From contig OX597840.1 of the NCBI GenBank assembly GCA_951406725.2, positions 310,001 through 374,000 of the forward strand: a DNA stretch of 64,000 bases. The letters are read 5' to 3'. Each line of letters opens with the position of its first letter. Positions within the stretch are counted from its first letter, which is position 1. Below are positions 25,301 to 37,432 of this stretch, piece by piece. The notes beneath the pieces are model-generated. The model ran no database searches, had not been told where the DNA came from, and saw nothing but the letters and a program-made list of their open reading frames with translations. This DNA is from Octopus vulgaris. Its lineage: Eukaryota. The position numbers and the translations under genes were made by a program.

Positions 25301-25412
25301 TAGGAATCCAGAGCATATTGCTTTACCTCTGGTATTTGAGTACTCTTTTTTCCACCTTGTTTCACATTTATGTGCTTACTCCGGTATATATATATATATA
25401 TATATATATATA

Positions 25413-25720
25413 CGAGGCAGTATCAACTCGTTCCCTGCGCAGTACTGTAGCGCACCAACTGATGACAGCACATGGGTGCGTGCGCAGTAACAGCTAGCAG
25501 TGACCTTCATGTGGCAGTGTGCCAAGTGGCACTGGTGTGTTTACTCGCAAGTTGTGAAATCTGAGTTCTTGTATCCACGTGTATGCTGTAGTCTTCGATC
25601 TGATCATGGACATATAAACATAGGGCCAGCGTGGAATTTTGCGTTAAACTTTTGAAGTCTGCTATAGAGACATTGAGCATCATTCGGCAAGCTTGCAGCA
25701 AGGAGGCAACGGGTCGTACG
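25413..25720 (+). mobile_element. 5' fragment of a mariner element with a decayed transposase start
   Basis: TA|CGAGG terminus. Translation RASVEFCVKLLKSAIETLSIIRQACSKEATGRT resembles the mariner N-terminal HTH (QR..IKFCVKLGKSATET). Confidence 0.85.
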
Positions 25721-25868
25721 TTTTTATTATTATTTTGCAATTTACTTAATCATAGGTATTTTATTGTTATTTTAATTTTAATATGTCTATTATATGTAAT
25801 TTTCTAGATGGGGTAATTTAATTGTTCCTTTTGAATTGATAAAAGGTGTTTTTTCTAATTTATATATG

Positions 25869-25962
<94 letters not shown>

Positions 25963-26236
25963 AATTCTATAATTATGAGCATAACTGCGTGAGATGTTGA
26001 GTATTGCTGTCTGGGAGATATCTTTTGGTAGTAGAAAAATAGTTGTTTAACTGCTATTTCTAAATTTCGGTATGTGGTGAAACAAATTTTTCTGAACCCT
26101 AATTATAATTATGCTTATAATTATAGAATTTTTGTATAAGTTTACCAATAATGGTTCTTTTAACATACCGAACTACTTGGTAAAATTATGAATTATTAAT
26201 TAATTAATTTCACCCTTTATATATATATATATAGCT

Positions 26237-26395
26237 ATATGCGTAGCTCAGTCGGTAGAGCATCAGACTTTTAATCTGAGGGTCACGGGTTCGAGTCCCT
26301 CTGCAGGTGTACAATTATTTTAAATGGCGGTGCCCCAGCATCGCCAAAGCTCGTGAGCTGAAACTAGATAAAATAAAAAATAAAATAAAAATAAA
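26237..26395 (+). mobile_element. Minimal tRNA-Lys(UUU)-derived SINE or retropseudogene with a LINE-type tail
   Basis: TAGCTCAGTCGGTAGAGCATCAGACTTTTAATCTGAGGGTCACGGGTTCGAGTCCCT has intact D, anticodon (TTT 26270-26272) and T arms, but the 5' acceptor strand is broken. Followed by GGCGGTGCCCCAGCAT..AGCTCGTGAGCTGAAACTAGA and an A-rich tail. Confidence 0.88.
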
Positions 26396-27102
26396 TATAT
26401 ACATACATACATATGCGTGTTTGTGCGTCCATGCGTACGTGTGTGTGTGAGTGCTTTTGTGTGTATCCGTCTGTGTCTCTCTCTATATATGTATGTGTAT
26501 ATGCATGCATGTATGAAGCTGAAATGCCTGAGGTGTGGCTTCTACAAGCCACTAATAATAGCGAATGGCGATGTGTCTGCTACGTGTGACGACTCTCGCC
26601 GAGAAACTGTCGTAGTGCTGTGTATTTATGTTGATCAGAGTTTGTTGGTTGAAAGAAAGCGGTCAAAGATTTTAACGGCACACCTCTCCACTTAAGACGT
26701 GTCTGAGCGTATAAAGAGGCGTCGTTTGCAGTCTTATTAATAGAGAGTCTTCGAAGAAACTAACAGCAGAAAGCAGAAAATGGTGCTGCGATGCTGCCGA
26801 AGAATTGGGGAAGTTAATAAATGAAAAAGTTAATAATGGAACAGCTGATCCACTTACGTAGACTTGGACAGACATGTAGCATTTTCATACACGCCTCCCC
26901 AAACGCACGTACTAGCAGACATACGACCATACATAGGCCGTATACATACATTTCTCTGTTTGTTTGTAACTGTTTCTATTCTGTCTCTATCTATCTATTT
27001 ATCTATTTATATCATACTATATATGTACCCATCCACACACACACACACTCACACACAAACACGCATAAACATGAACACACACACACACACACATATATAT
27101 AT

Positions 27103-27920
27103 ATGGCTCTGTGTTAAGAACCTATCTTCCCACTGTATGGCACCTTGGACAAGTTTTCGGTCCCACTGTATGGCATCTTAGGAAAGTATTCGGTCCTACC
27201 TTGAGCAAATGTTCGGTTCCACTGTATGGCATCTTAGGAAAGTATTCGGTCCTACCTTGAGCAAATGTTCGGTCCCACTGTATGGCATCTTAGGAAAGTA
27301 TTCGGTCCTACCTTGAGCAAATGTTCGGTCCCACTGTATGGCATCTTAGGAAAGTATTCGGTCCTACCTTGAGCAAATGTTCGGTCCCACTGTATGGCAT
27401 CTTAGGAAAGTATTCGGTCCTACCTTGAGCAAATGTTCGGTCCCACTGTATGGCATCTTAGGAAAGTATTCGGTCCTACCTTGAGCAAATGTTCGGTCCC
27501 ACTGTATGGCATCTTAGGAAAGTATTCGGTCCTACCTTGAGCAAATGTTCGGTCCCACTGTATGGCATCTTAGGAAAGTATTCGGTCCTACCTTGAGCAA
27601 ATGTTCGGTCCCACTGTATGGCATCTTAGGAAAGTATTCGGTCCTACCTTGAGCAAATGTTCGGTCCCACTGTATGGCATCTTATGAAAGTATTCGGTCC
27701 TACCTTGAGCAAATGTTCGGTCCCACTGTATGGCATCTTAGGAAAGTATTCGGTCCTACCTTGAGCAAATGTTCGGTTCCACTGTATGGCATCTTGGGCA
27801 AGTGTTCGGTCCCACTGTATGGTACCTTGGGCAAGTGTCTTCAAATATAGCCTCGGGCTGACCCAATCTCGTGAGTGGATTTGGTAGACGGAAACTGAGA
27901 GAAGCCCGTCGTATGTAAAT

Positions 27921-27963
<43 letters not shown>

Positions 27964-28135
27964 CGTGTGTGTGTGTTTGTGTGTGTGTTTTTGTCTATGT
28001 TTGTCTGCCATCATCGCTTGACAACCGATATTGGTGTGTTTACGTTCCCGTAATATAGCGGTTGGGCGAAAGAGACCGATAGAATAAGTTCTGGGCTTAC
28101 AAAGAATAAGTAATGCGGGTCGATTTCTTCGACTA
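27103..28135 (+). mobile_element. Older SINE A-related copy hosting an internal minisatellite
   Basis: Head ATGGCTCTGTGTTAAG; resumes with CCTTGGGCAAGTGTCTTC at about 27824 and continues through the family A body. Confidence 0.85.
27129..27810 (+). repeat. 56-bp minisatellite, 11 near-identical copies (27162-27777), flanked by 33-bp monomers
   Basis: Unit CCCACTGTATGGCATCTTAGGAAAGTATTCGGTCCTACCTTGAGCAAATGTTCGGT at exact 56-bp spacing, with no spacers. Confidence 0.97.
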
Positions 28136-28251
28136 AAATGTACTTACATACAAGAGAACAAAATGTACGTACACCGCTATATATATATATATTTATATAT
28201 ATGTAAAATACAAAATGGGACAAGAACGCAAAGCATCCGGAAATGTCCGAA

Positions 28252-28293
<42 letters not shown>

Positions 28294-28358
28294 TCTTTTA
28301 CTTGTTTCAGTCATTTGATTGCGGCCATGCTGGAGCACCGCCTTTAAAATATATATAT

Positions 28359-28390
<32 letters not shown>

Positions 28391-29509
28391 AAAATATATA
28401 TAAAAATACAAAATGGGACAAGAACGCAAAACATTCAAATAGACGATACAAAAAACGGACGGGTCATTCGAAGCCTCTAATCTTCAGTCAAGAAACGGAT
28501 CATCCTCGCAATTTCGGCTGATTAATCAAGGAAAAACTAAGCTACGCGCATTAGATTTATTGGAAAAAGGATCGAATGTATACAAAACAAGGACAGAAAA
28601 ACAGACGATGTTACATGAATATAAATACAAAAAACAACAATAATAATAATAATAATAATAACAGGATAAAAACAACAGGCGTCTTTCGACTTTAGACAGT
28701 TCAACCTATATATATGAATGTATGTATGTATGTATGTATGTATGTATGTATGTATGTATGTATGTATGTATGTATGTATGCATGTATGTATGTATGTATG
28801 TATGTATGCATGTATGTATGTATGTATGTATGTATGCATGTATGTATATACATGTATGCTTACCAGACTTGAGGCCACTGTAGTGCAAGAGACTACAAAG
28901 AAGGAAGAAGAAGGAGTCTACTAATGCAAATGATGTCGATCGATCGAAAGCTTATCGGACTGAATGTCATACAATAGAAAAAAACAAACAAACATGGCGT
29001 CGGTCCAGAGTTCTGGAGAGCGACAGATCAAGAAAAGAAGCCATTAGAACAAAAGTAGTTATGACTAACAGGAAGATTAGGCGAAAAATGCATCAACATG
29101 AATATGGTAGGAAAAGGGTTAAGTTTTGTAGATGATAAATAACAATGTTAGGAAATTAGAGACAAATAAAAATATTGATGTTTAGACAAAGGTCGGTGAA
29201 AAAAAATGATTAAATATAATTATTTGCGCAAGACAAAATGTAAACAGACCTCTTAAAGCTGGCAGGAGTATAGAGACAAGGTTTTTAATCTGAGAAGGAT
29301 TAAAAATAAAGATGTAATTATAGCTAAGGCAGAAGGAGATAAAGCATAATTGAATAATAGGATGGGCGAGTGAAATTGTAAACAAGTCATCGAGCTGTAA
29401 ACACGTTTTTGTAGAGAAAGAGAGAGAGAGAGAGAGAGAGAGTGGAGAGAAAGAGGGGAGAGAGCCCAAAGAAATGAAATAACAAAATGTATCACTGAAT
29501 GCATTTTGG

Positions 29510-30985
29510 AGTAATAACCTGGTGCACGTAATTGATACAGCATTAAATTAAAATAGCCAACTAGGTATCATACTAAACGCATGCACACCGTTGTGAGGGC
29601 ATGATGGTGTGATTTTCGTTGGAGATGAAATCTTTTGATAGACTCGTCTATGAATACATAGGGCAAGAAATCGTCCCAGCAGTGATCCAAAGGAACGGCA
29701 GATGCATTTATTCCATCTTATTTGCGTTGGAGATGAAATCTTTTGATAGATGTGCCGTCTATGAATATATATGACAAGAAATCGTTCCAGCAGTGATCCA
29801 AAAGAATGGCAGATGTATTTGTCCCATTTTAGACCTTGTTAATAACGCTACTCGCAGTGACACGCCTAGACGAAATCTGTGATGTATAAGAGATGGAAAT
29901 AACATATTCACTGACACTGCGAATAACCGCTGGGCTGAATAAAAACTCGGTGTACGCAAGGGGCTAAACACAGAGGGGACAAAGAAGGACAGACAACGGG
30001 ATAAAGTCGATTACATCGACCCCAGTGCGTAACTGATACTTAATTTATCGGTCCCGAAAGGATGAAAAGCAAAGTCGACTTCGGTGGAATTTGAACTCAG
30101 AACGTAGCGGCAGACGAAATACCGCTAAGCATTTTGCCCGGCGTGCTAACGATTCTGCCAGCTCGCCGCCTTACTATGGTAAAGTATTACGAAGCAGCTG
30201 TCAGCTAATGGAATAAACATCTATTCTCTCACTTGACTTCTCTCTTTTCATCAATTTTTCTGCATACTCTCCACCATTGCAATTCCTGAATTTTCAGAAC
30301 GACGCTGAAGTTACATCCCAGCCTTAACTACAGTCTCGCTTGATAGCCATGTACCAGACGGAAAGCTTAATGTGAGTTCTGTTGGATTCTTTGAATCTTA
30401 TTATATTATATATTATTATCCCTATTCCTATATGTATTAAATTAAAATAGTAATGTATTCATTGTACTAAACGGGCATACACTATTGAGAGGTATGATGC
30501 TGTGTTTTTCTTCTGAGATAAAAAAAAAAACTCTTCATAAGTGTACCGTCTATGAATATATATGACGAGCAATCGTCTCAGCATTGACTCAGGAGTAGAC
30601 AGATGTATTTATCCCATCTTATGCCTTGTTAGTGACGGGTACTCGTAGCCACATGCCGAAATGTATATCTGTCCCCTGCGATATATAGGAAACAAGAATA
30701 ATACATTGAATGATATTGCAACCAGCTGCTAGGCTGAATAAAAACTCTGTGTCCGCAATTGAAGTAGAATTAAATTAAAATAGTAGAGGCATGTAGCTGT
30801 GGGTATTGTCTGAGATAAAAATCTGTTATAGACATGCTATGTTAAAAGTACAATATATATGGTCGCTGCACAGAAATAACATACTCACTGATACTGCGAA
30901 TAACTGCTGGGCTGAATGAAAACTCGGTGTACGCAATTGATACCGTATTGAATTAAAATAGTTATGTATGTATCGTACTAAACGT
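29510..30985. repeat. Old, degenerate long-unit tandem repeat (about 180-400-bp units) interrupted by a SINE B
   Basis: ATT(A/G)AATTAAAATAG anchors at 29542, 30436, 30769 and 30947; GCTGAAT.AAAACTC.GTGT.CGCAA at about 29934, 30733 and 30911; internal ~108-bp duplication at 29617/29725. Confidence 0.8.
29958..30171 (-). mobile_element. SINE B
   Basis: Reverse complement of family B, head ending CTCGCCGCCTT. Confidence 0.9.
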
Positions 30986-30994
30986 ATATAAAGA

Positions 30995-31449
30995 TTCTTA
31001 TTTCTTTATTGCCCACAAGGTGCTAAGCACAGAGGGGACAAACAAGGACAGACAAACGGATTAAATTGATTATATCGACCCCAGTGCGTAAGTGGTACTT
31101 ATTTAATCGACCCCGAAAGGATGAAAGGCAAAGTCGACCTCGGTGGAATTTGAACACAGAACGTAGGGGCAGAAGAAATACCGCTAAGCCTTTCGCCCGG
31201 CGTGCTAACGTTTCTTATTTTTTTTATTTCCCACAAGGGGCTAAACACAGAGGGAACAAAAAGGGACAGACAAAGGGATTAAGTCGATTACATCGACCCC
31301 AGTGCGTAACTGATACTTAATTTATCGGTCCTGAAAGGATGAAAAGCAAAGTCGACCTCGACGGAATTTGAACTCAGAACGCAACGGCAAACGAAATACC
31401 GCCAGGCATTTCGACCGGCGTGCTAACGTTTCTGCCTGCTCGCCGCCTT
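30995..31449 (-). mobile_element. Two adjacent SINE B copies
   Basis: Reverse complements of family B at about 30995-31214 and 31215-31449. Confidence 0.88.
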
Positions 31450-31710
31450 ACCATGGTAAAGTATTACGAAGCAGCTGTCATCTAATGGAATAAACATCTA
31501 TTCTCTCACTTGACTTATCTTATTTGATCAATTTTTATGCATACTCTCCACCATTGCAATTCCTAAATTTTCAGAACGACGCTGAATTTACATCCCAGCC
31601 TTAACTACGGTCTCTCTTGATAGCCATGGATCAGGCGGAAAGCTTAATGTGAGCTCTGTGGGATTCTATGAACCTTATATTATATATTATTATCCCTATT
31701 CTTATATGTA
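31233..31710. repeat. Direct duplicate of 29958-30435 (SINE B plus ~265 bp of unique flank)
   Basis: The flank ATGGTAAAGTATTACGAAGCAGCTGTCA..TTATCCCTATTC.TATATGTA is shared. Confidence 0.9.
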
Positions 31711-31825
31711 TGTGCATATTATATAAATTTATATGAAATATACATGTATACTTATATGCATACACACGGGTATATGTGTGAATACAAATATATATTACGC
31801 ACATTTATACCTACGTGTCTATATT

Positions 31826-31869
<44 letters not shown>

Positions 31870-32112
31870 GCTAAATATATATATACATATATACATATAT
31901 ATAGATTCATTTATTCATATATATATGCATACATACATACACACACACACACACATATATATATAAATATATACACACACACGCACATATAAATGGATAT
32001 ATACATAGGTACATAGGTATATCTGTATATACGTATTTATATATACAAGCATACATACATACACACACATACACATATATATATCAATATATATATATAT
32101 AAATATATATAT

Positions 32113-32202
<90 letters not shown>

Positions 32203-32774
32203 CATATACACATATAATGTTCATGTTATCATTATGAAAACTACAGTCTACGTATTTACGCAGGCCCTAGAAGAAAACATGACTTAAGTTGGTTTCACTG
32301 CGAAGAAGAGCGACAACCGGTTCTTCCCCAAACATCAAATAATTGTCGCAGTACGAAGAGATATAAATGTCTGACGAACGTTCTGTGATTGAGTGAGTCG
32401 AAGGCGGTGCAAAGGCATTCAATATCTTAAGATATCACACGTCGCTTTCTTTATCTCATGTTTCTGCTTTGTTTTTGTTTTTTGTTTTTTCATATTCTAT
32501 AAATTCTTTTATCTTGTAAATTATGATACGAGGCTATAACTATATGTAATGGAATTTGTGAATGTCGTGTTCGCAGCTATGATTGTGTGTGGTTATGTGT
32601 GTAGGTGCAGTTTTGAGATTGCGTATGTATGTATGTACGTCTGGCTGTGTTGCTGGTGTTACGCGGTACACGTACGGAGCGGTACATGGCTGTATCAATG
32701 GGTCTCATTGTCTTGGTGGATACATAAATATATATTGATATATATGAATAGGTATGCGTATGTATCGCTTATTA

Positions 32775-32857
<83 letters not shown>

Positions 32858-32951
32858 ATATATTTGATTTGTGTGTGCTTGCGTGTGTATATTCATATAT
32901 ACATAGATACACACATACACACACATATATGAACGAATCTACATACATATG

Positions 32952-33017
<66 letters not shown>

Positions 33018-33116
33018 CATACATACATACACACACTTATATGAGCGAATGTACATACATATGTGTGACCCTTCTGTCCAGCAATCGCCATGATAAATCG
33101 GTAGCCACTACACACA

Positions 33117-33271
33117 TTTTTTTCTCTCCTTGTTTCTATCTGTGTTCCTTTCTGTGGAAGAGCATAGGCTCGAAAAGTAAAAGACTTTTTCAATTCCCGA
33201 GCGTTATACTAATACATTTGTTTGTTTTCAACACTACCTGTCTTCGTCTTTTTTTTTTCGTGAATTCTCCC

Positions 33272-33272
<1 letters not shown>
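33117..33272 (+). mobile_element. Copy of the 7189 hammerhead-variant element (motif 33148-33183)
   Basis: CTTTCTGTGGAAGAGCATAGGCTCGAAAAGTAAAAG. Confidence 0.72.
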
Positions 33273-33331
<59 letters not shown>

Positions 33332-33540
33332 ACACACACGTATATTAACGAATGTACATCAATATGTTTAATATATATATATATATATATACAAAAAGCA
33401 ATAAAGATTCAAGTTAATTTAAATGAATTTACTTGAATATGGTACCTAACTTAGATGCACCAAAAAAAACTATACTGATTTAACAATACAGTAATGTGGG
33501 GTGATTATAAGCGAGAATGAAGCAACAAGAATGGATAGGT

Positions 33541-33631
33541 TTTTAGTACAATCGTTTCATACAAGGACAGGTTTTATTAAAAGTTGCAAAAATTACAGCA
33601 TATAAACGTGTCCCGTACTCATCAGCTAAAA
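33541..33631 (-). ncRNA. Type I hammerhead ribozyme with a canonical core and a long stem II
   Basis: Minus strand: TTTTAG-CTGATGA-GTACGGGACA...TGTCCTTGTAT-GAAAC-GATT-GT-A-CTAAAA. 6-bp stem I, all invariant core bases present, GUA cleavage site (A = 33547). Confidence 0.8.
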
Positions 33632-33782
33632 TACATGTGAGTTCTCTAGACATCCTAGTGGTTGAGGCTATACTCATGAAGTAATGTAGATAATTAAGTA
33701 ACATAAACAGATTTCAAAAGTTCATTAAAGTTCTTTAAAGATGATGTACAGTCTTATCACAGAATTTTAAAAAAGTCTTAAT

Positions 33783-34062
33783 AGCATCACAGAGAAGGTG
33801 ACCTAATCCATAGTGCACATATGAATTTCCAGAGATATGATGAGGGATTACATACTCACAGAAGACAAATTTATCCATTGTTAATTACAACGAGGTGGGT
33901 TTCAATTCCTGCTTATTAGCATTACAGAGAGGGTGAATTAATCCTTTGTATAGATGCACAATTTCCAATGGTGTAGATGTAAATTTCCAAGGAATTTCAT
34001 ATTCACAGGCGATAAATTTATCAATGGTTGAACACAATGAGGTAGGTATCAATTCTTGCTAT
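33783..34062. repeat. Two-copy degenerate tandem repeat (135-147 bp) upstream of the ribozyme on the minus strand
   Basis: AGCAT.ACAGAGA.GGTGA at 33783 and 33918; CAATTC.TGCT at 33903 and 34050. Confidence 0.75.
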
Positions 34063-34169
34063 ATGATTAGGTATTTGCCACATTAATCACATTACTGCTA
34101 TTTACAAGAGGCTGTAGCTATTTAACTTTTAAAGGCTGAAGGGCTTACTAGAGCTGTATAGAATACATA

Positions 34170-34205
<36 letters not shown>

Positions 34206-34257
34206 TGTATGTATGTATGTATGTATGTATGTATGCATATATATATATATATATATA

Positions 34258-34470
34258 CGAGGGGTGCTGAAAGTTTCCTGGCTTTGGATAAAAGAAAATA
34301 CAGGAGATTCAGTCAATTATGATTTTATTCAACATATTCCCCTCTCAGATCCACACACTTTTTGCAGCGGTCATGCAGTTCTTCTAAGCCCTGTAAAACA
34401 ACTGGGAAGTTTGGGCCTCCAACCAGCCCTTTCGTGATGCCCTTAAAGTCAGGAACGTTTCAGCACCACC
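34258..34470 (-). mobile_element. Mariner-derived MITE
   Basis: TA|CGAGGGGTGCTGAAAGTTTCCTGGCTTT ... AAAGTCAGGAACGTTTCAGCACCACC. The minus strand encodes LQGLEELHDRCKKCVDLRGEYVE* (mariner C-terminus). Confidence 0.88.
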
Positions 34471-34483
34471 ATCCGGCCATCGG

Positions 34484-34540
34484 AAAACTGAAGAGATGGC
34501 GGCGTGGATTTCCACCTCGGCACCCGAAACTCGGAGATTT
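34484..34540 (+). ncRNA. Decayed hammerhead-like motif
   Basis: AAA-CTGAAGA-(imperfect hairpin ..GTGGA TT TCCAC..)-GAAAC-TC-G-GAG-A-TTT. The U before the cleavage site is missing. Confidence 0.5.
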
Positions 34541-34644
34541 ATCATGGCTACCGAATAACTGTCGCATATTACATTTACAGATAAATTCCTGTATTACATA
34601 ATATCGAGGTCTCTTCCTTTCTTTCGTTGTCTTACCATTTTTAT

Positions 34645-34713
<69 letters not shown>

Positions 34714-34721
34714 TATATTGA

Positions 34722-35172
34722 GAGAGAAGACGGGAGAGGTATGCAGTAATATATGTCTAGAAGATCCTGGAAGGAATTGTGCCAAATGTTGGCATTGTAA
34801 GCTACACCAATGCTAGAACGGGACGACACTGCATAGTGCCAAAGATCCCAGCAATGCCATCACGCTTCAGGACCAGCTTCTGCAACAGCCTGGGTTTCAA
34901 GGGCCCACAGCTTTTTAATATTCTCCCAAAGAGTCTGAGGAACTTGCACAAAGTAGATGTAGCGGTTTTTAAATCAAAGCTGGACATCTTCCTGTCAAGA
35001 GTCCCAGATGAACCTACCCCACGGCAAGAGGTGCAAATTAGAGTAGCTGTATCAAACTCCATTCTTCACCAAGTGCCACATATTAGACGAGGTTCGTCGT
35101 AATAACAGTGTAGCGCAAAACGGCGGTGCATCAGCATGGCCGCAGCTCTGAGATGAAACTAGAAAAAAAAAA
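34722..35172 (+). pseudogene. 3' end of a CR1/L2-like LINE (ORF2 C-terminus, 3' UTR and A tail), 5'-truncated
   Basis: ERRRERYAVIYV*KILEGIVPNVG...GPQLFNILPKSLRNL..VAVFKSKLDIFLSRVPDEP, a typical post-RT C-terminal region with a TGG-to-TAG-like stop. Tail GGCGGTGCATCAGCATGGCCGCAGCTCTGAGATGAAACTAG(A)n. Confidence 0.88.
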
Positions 35173-35181
35173 TATATATAT

Positions 35182-35556
35182 AGGCGTAGGAGTGGCTGTG
35201 TGGTAAGTAGCTTGCTTACGAACCACATGGTTCGGTTCCGGGTTCAGTCCCACTGTGTGGCACCTTGGGCAAGTGTCTTCTACTATAGCCTTGTGAGTGG
35301 ATTTGGTAATCGGAAACTGAAAGAAGCCCGTCGTATATATGTATATATATGTATGTGTGTGTATATGTTTGTGTGTCTGTGTTTGCTTGACAACCGATGC
35401 TGGTGTGTTTATGTCCCTGTAACTTAGCGGTTTTCGGCAAAACAGACCGATAGAATAAGTACTAGGCTTACAAAGAATAAGTCCCGGGGTCGAGTTGCTC
35501 GATTAAAGGCGGTGCTCAAATGACTGAAACAAGTAAAAGAGTAAAAGAGTAAAGAG
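35182..35556 (+). mobile_element. SINE family A with small deletions
   Basis: Family A head, core and tail. Confidence 0.92.
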
Positions 35557-36427
35557 CATATATATACATATATAAATAGTCATCTGCTTGCTAATGTGTA
35601 TAGCTCTTCGGAAATCACGGTGAAAGAGGGTAACTACGGACAGCTTTGCTTCTTCGAAATCTTCAGCTTGTCTACCGTGATTTTAAATTCGCAATTGTAC
35701 CAACAATAATTAACGCATTTGGTCTCGTTTGTAAATGAATGAGTGGCAATATGGGAAAGCAAGAGATTTCAGAAAAAGAAATCAACCAGTTAATTCGCAA
35801 ATTCCACATACAATATGTAAGTGGAACGCTAACAATATGCAAGAGTTTTCTAAAGTTCAAGTTGTCACATTGCCTTTGTTATCTGCAATCCGAGGATGGG
35901 GTTTTGTGTCTTTGATAGAAACCAGCTTTTTCCTTTCAGGAAGTCTTCAAATACTTAACAATAGAAGAGAACTTACACGAGAGAGAAATAGATAAAAGAA
36001 GGATATACACAGGATAGTCAAGAGCGTTTACTTCTAATTCTAAAAACACTTTCTTTTCTAATTATGCTTTCGGCCTTTTGTTAATCGCTTCTACAAAGCC
36101 ACTCTTCTTCACACTTCAAGACAGCACGCCACACATATAGACACCGCCCCCAATACACACACGCACACATGTATACACAAACATGCATATATATATATGA
36201 TTATATATATACATATATATATAGAGAGAGAGAGAGACATTAATATATATATACATATATATACATACATATATATACACACACACATATATATATACAT
36301 ACATACATATATAGACTTATATACATACATATATACATGCATACATATACATGATTATACATATATACATATATATATATACATACATATATACATATAT
36401 ATACATACAATTATATGCATATATACA

Positions 36428-36479
<52 letters not shown>

Positions 36480-36974
36480 CATGCATACATATATATATAT
36501 TTATATATGATATGTAAGCACGTATATGTATGTATATATATGTATATATGTATATATATATGTATCTATATATACACACACACAAACACACACACACACA
36601 CGTATATATATATATGTATGTATATATAAACGTCAGAGAGCATTCTGTGGCTTTGAATCGTCTTTATCAATCAACTGTCCGCCCAAAAGCCTTCCGCTCT
36701 CGGCCGTTCAGCTCAAACTTCCTCTTCCACTCTGGCTGTCATACGCACACCCCTCTTCTGCTGCCACACTCGTACGTCTCGCCGTTTTAAGGTAAAAATA
36801 TGAACATAATTTTCAAAGTAAAGGTCGACTAAACGGGATATGGAAGGAGTTCAGAAGTAATTCTAAAACTTTCTTATGATAGAGAAATATACTCACACAC
36901 ACACATACAGACACACACACACACTAACACCCACCCACACATATGTGTATATATACATATATATATATATACAT

Positions 36975-37005
<31 letters not shown>

Positions 37006-37401
37006 AATATATAAAATAATCTGTGTATAAATGTATGCATGGTTATACACAGAAACATAAATACAGAAATACAGACACAGGCAGAGAGACACACAGACAC
37101 AGGCACACAGACACACAGACACACAGACACACAGACAGACGCATATGTACAAAACAATACACACACTCATACACAAATATATACCATTTTATATATTTCG
37201 TATTTAAACGGGTTGAAAATATATGTGTGTTGGGTGTGTGTGTGTATGTGTGTGTATGTGTGTGTGTGTATGTATGTATGTATGTATATATATATATATA
37301 TATGTAAGTATATATGCATATAAATATATTTGGATATTTATACCCAAAGATATCTATACGGATTTGTATGCATACATATATATTCACAATGCAATATATA
37401 C

Positions 37402-37432
<31 letters not shown>

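Noticed and set aside
25961-26220. Inverted repeats and a half hammerhead (GGTATGT/ACATACC-GAAA on minus)
   Set aside because: No CUGANGA core precedes the stem; at most an unclassified repeat fragment.
26237-26309. Functional tRNA-Lys gene
   Set aside because: The 5' acceptor strand does not pair fully, and the sequence is fused to a LINE-type tail and A-rich end, so it is better read as a SINE or retrocopy.
27162-27777. Regular repeat array resembling CRISPR
   Set aside because: Units are contiguous and near-identical with no unique spacers, derive from a SINE, and lie in eukaryotic DNA with no cas genes.
29257-29350. Possible Penelope RT fragment (LRRIKNKDVIIAKAEGDKA)
   Set aside because: The resemblance to the ADKG motif is imperfect, the frame is bounded by stops, and no further RT motifs were found.
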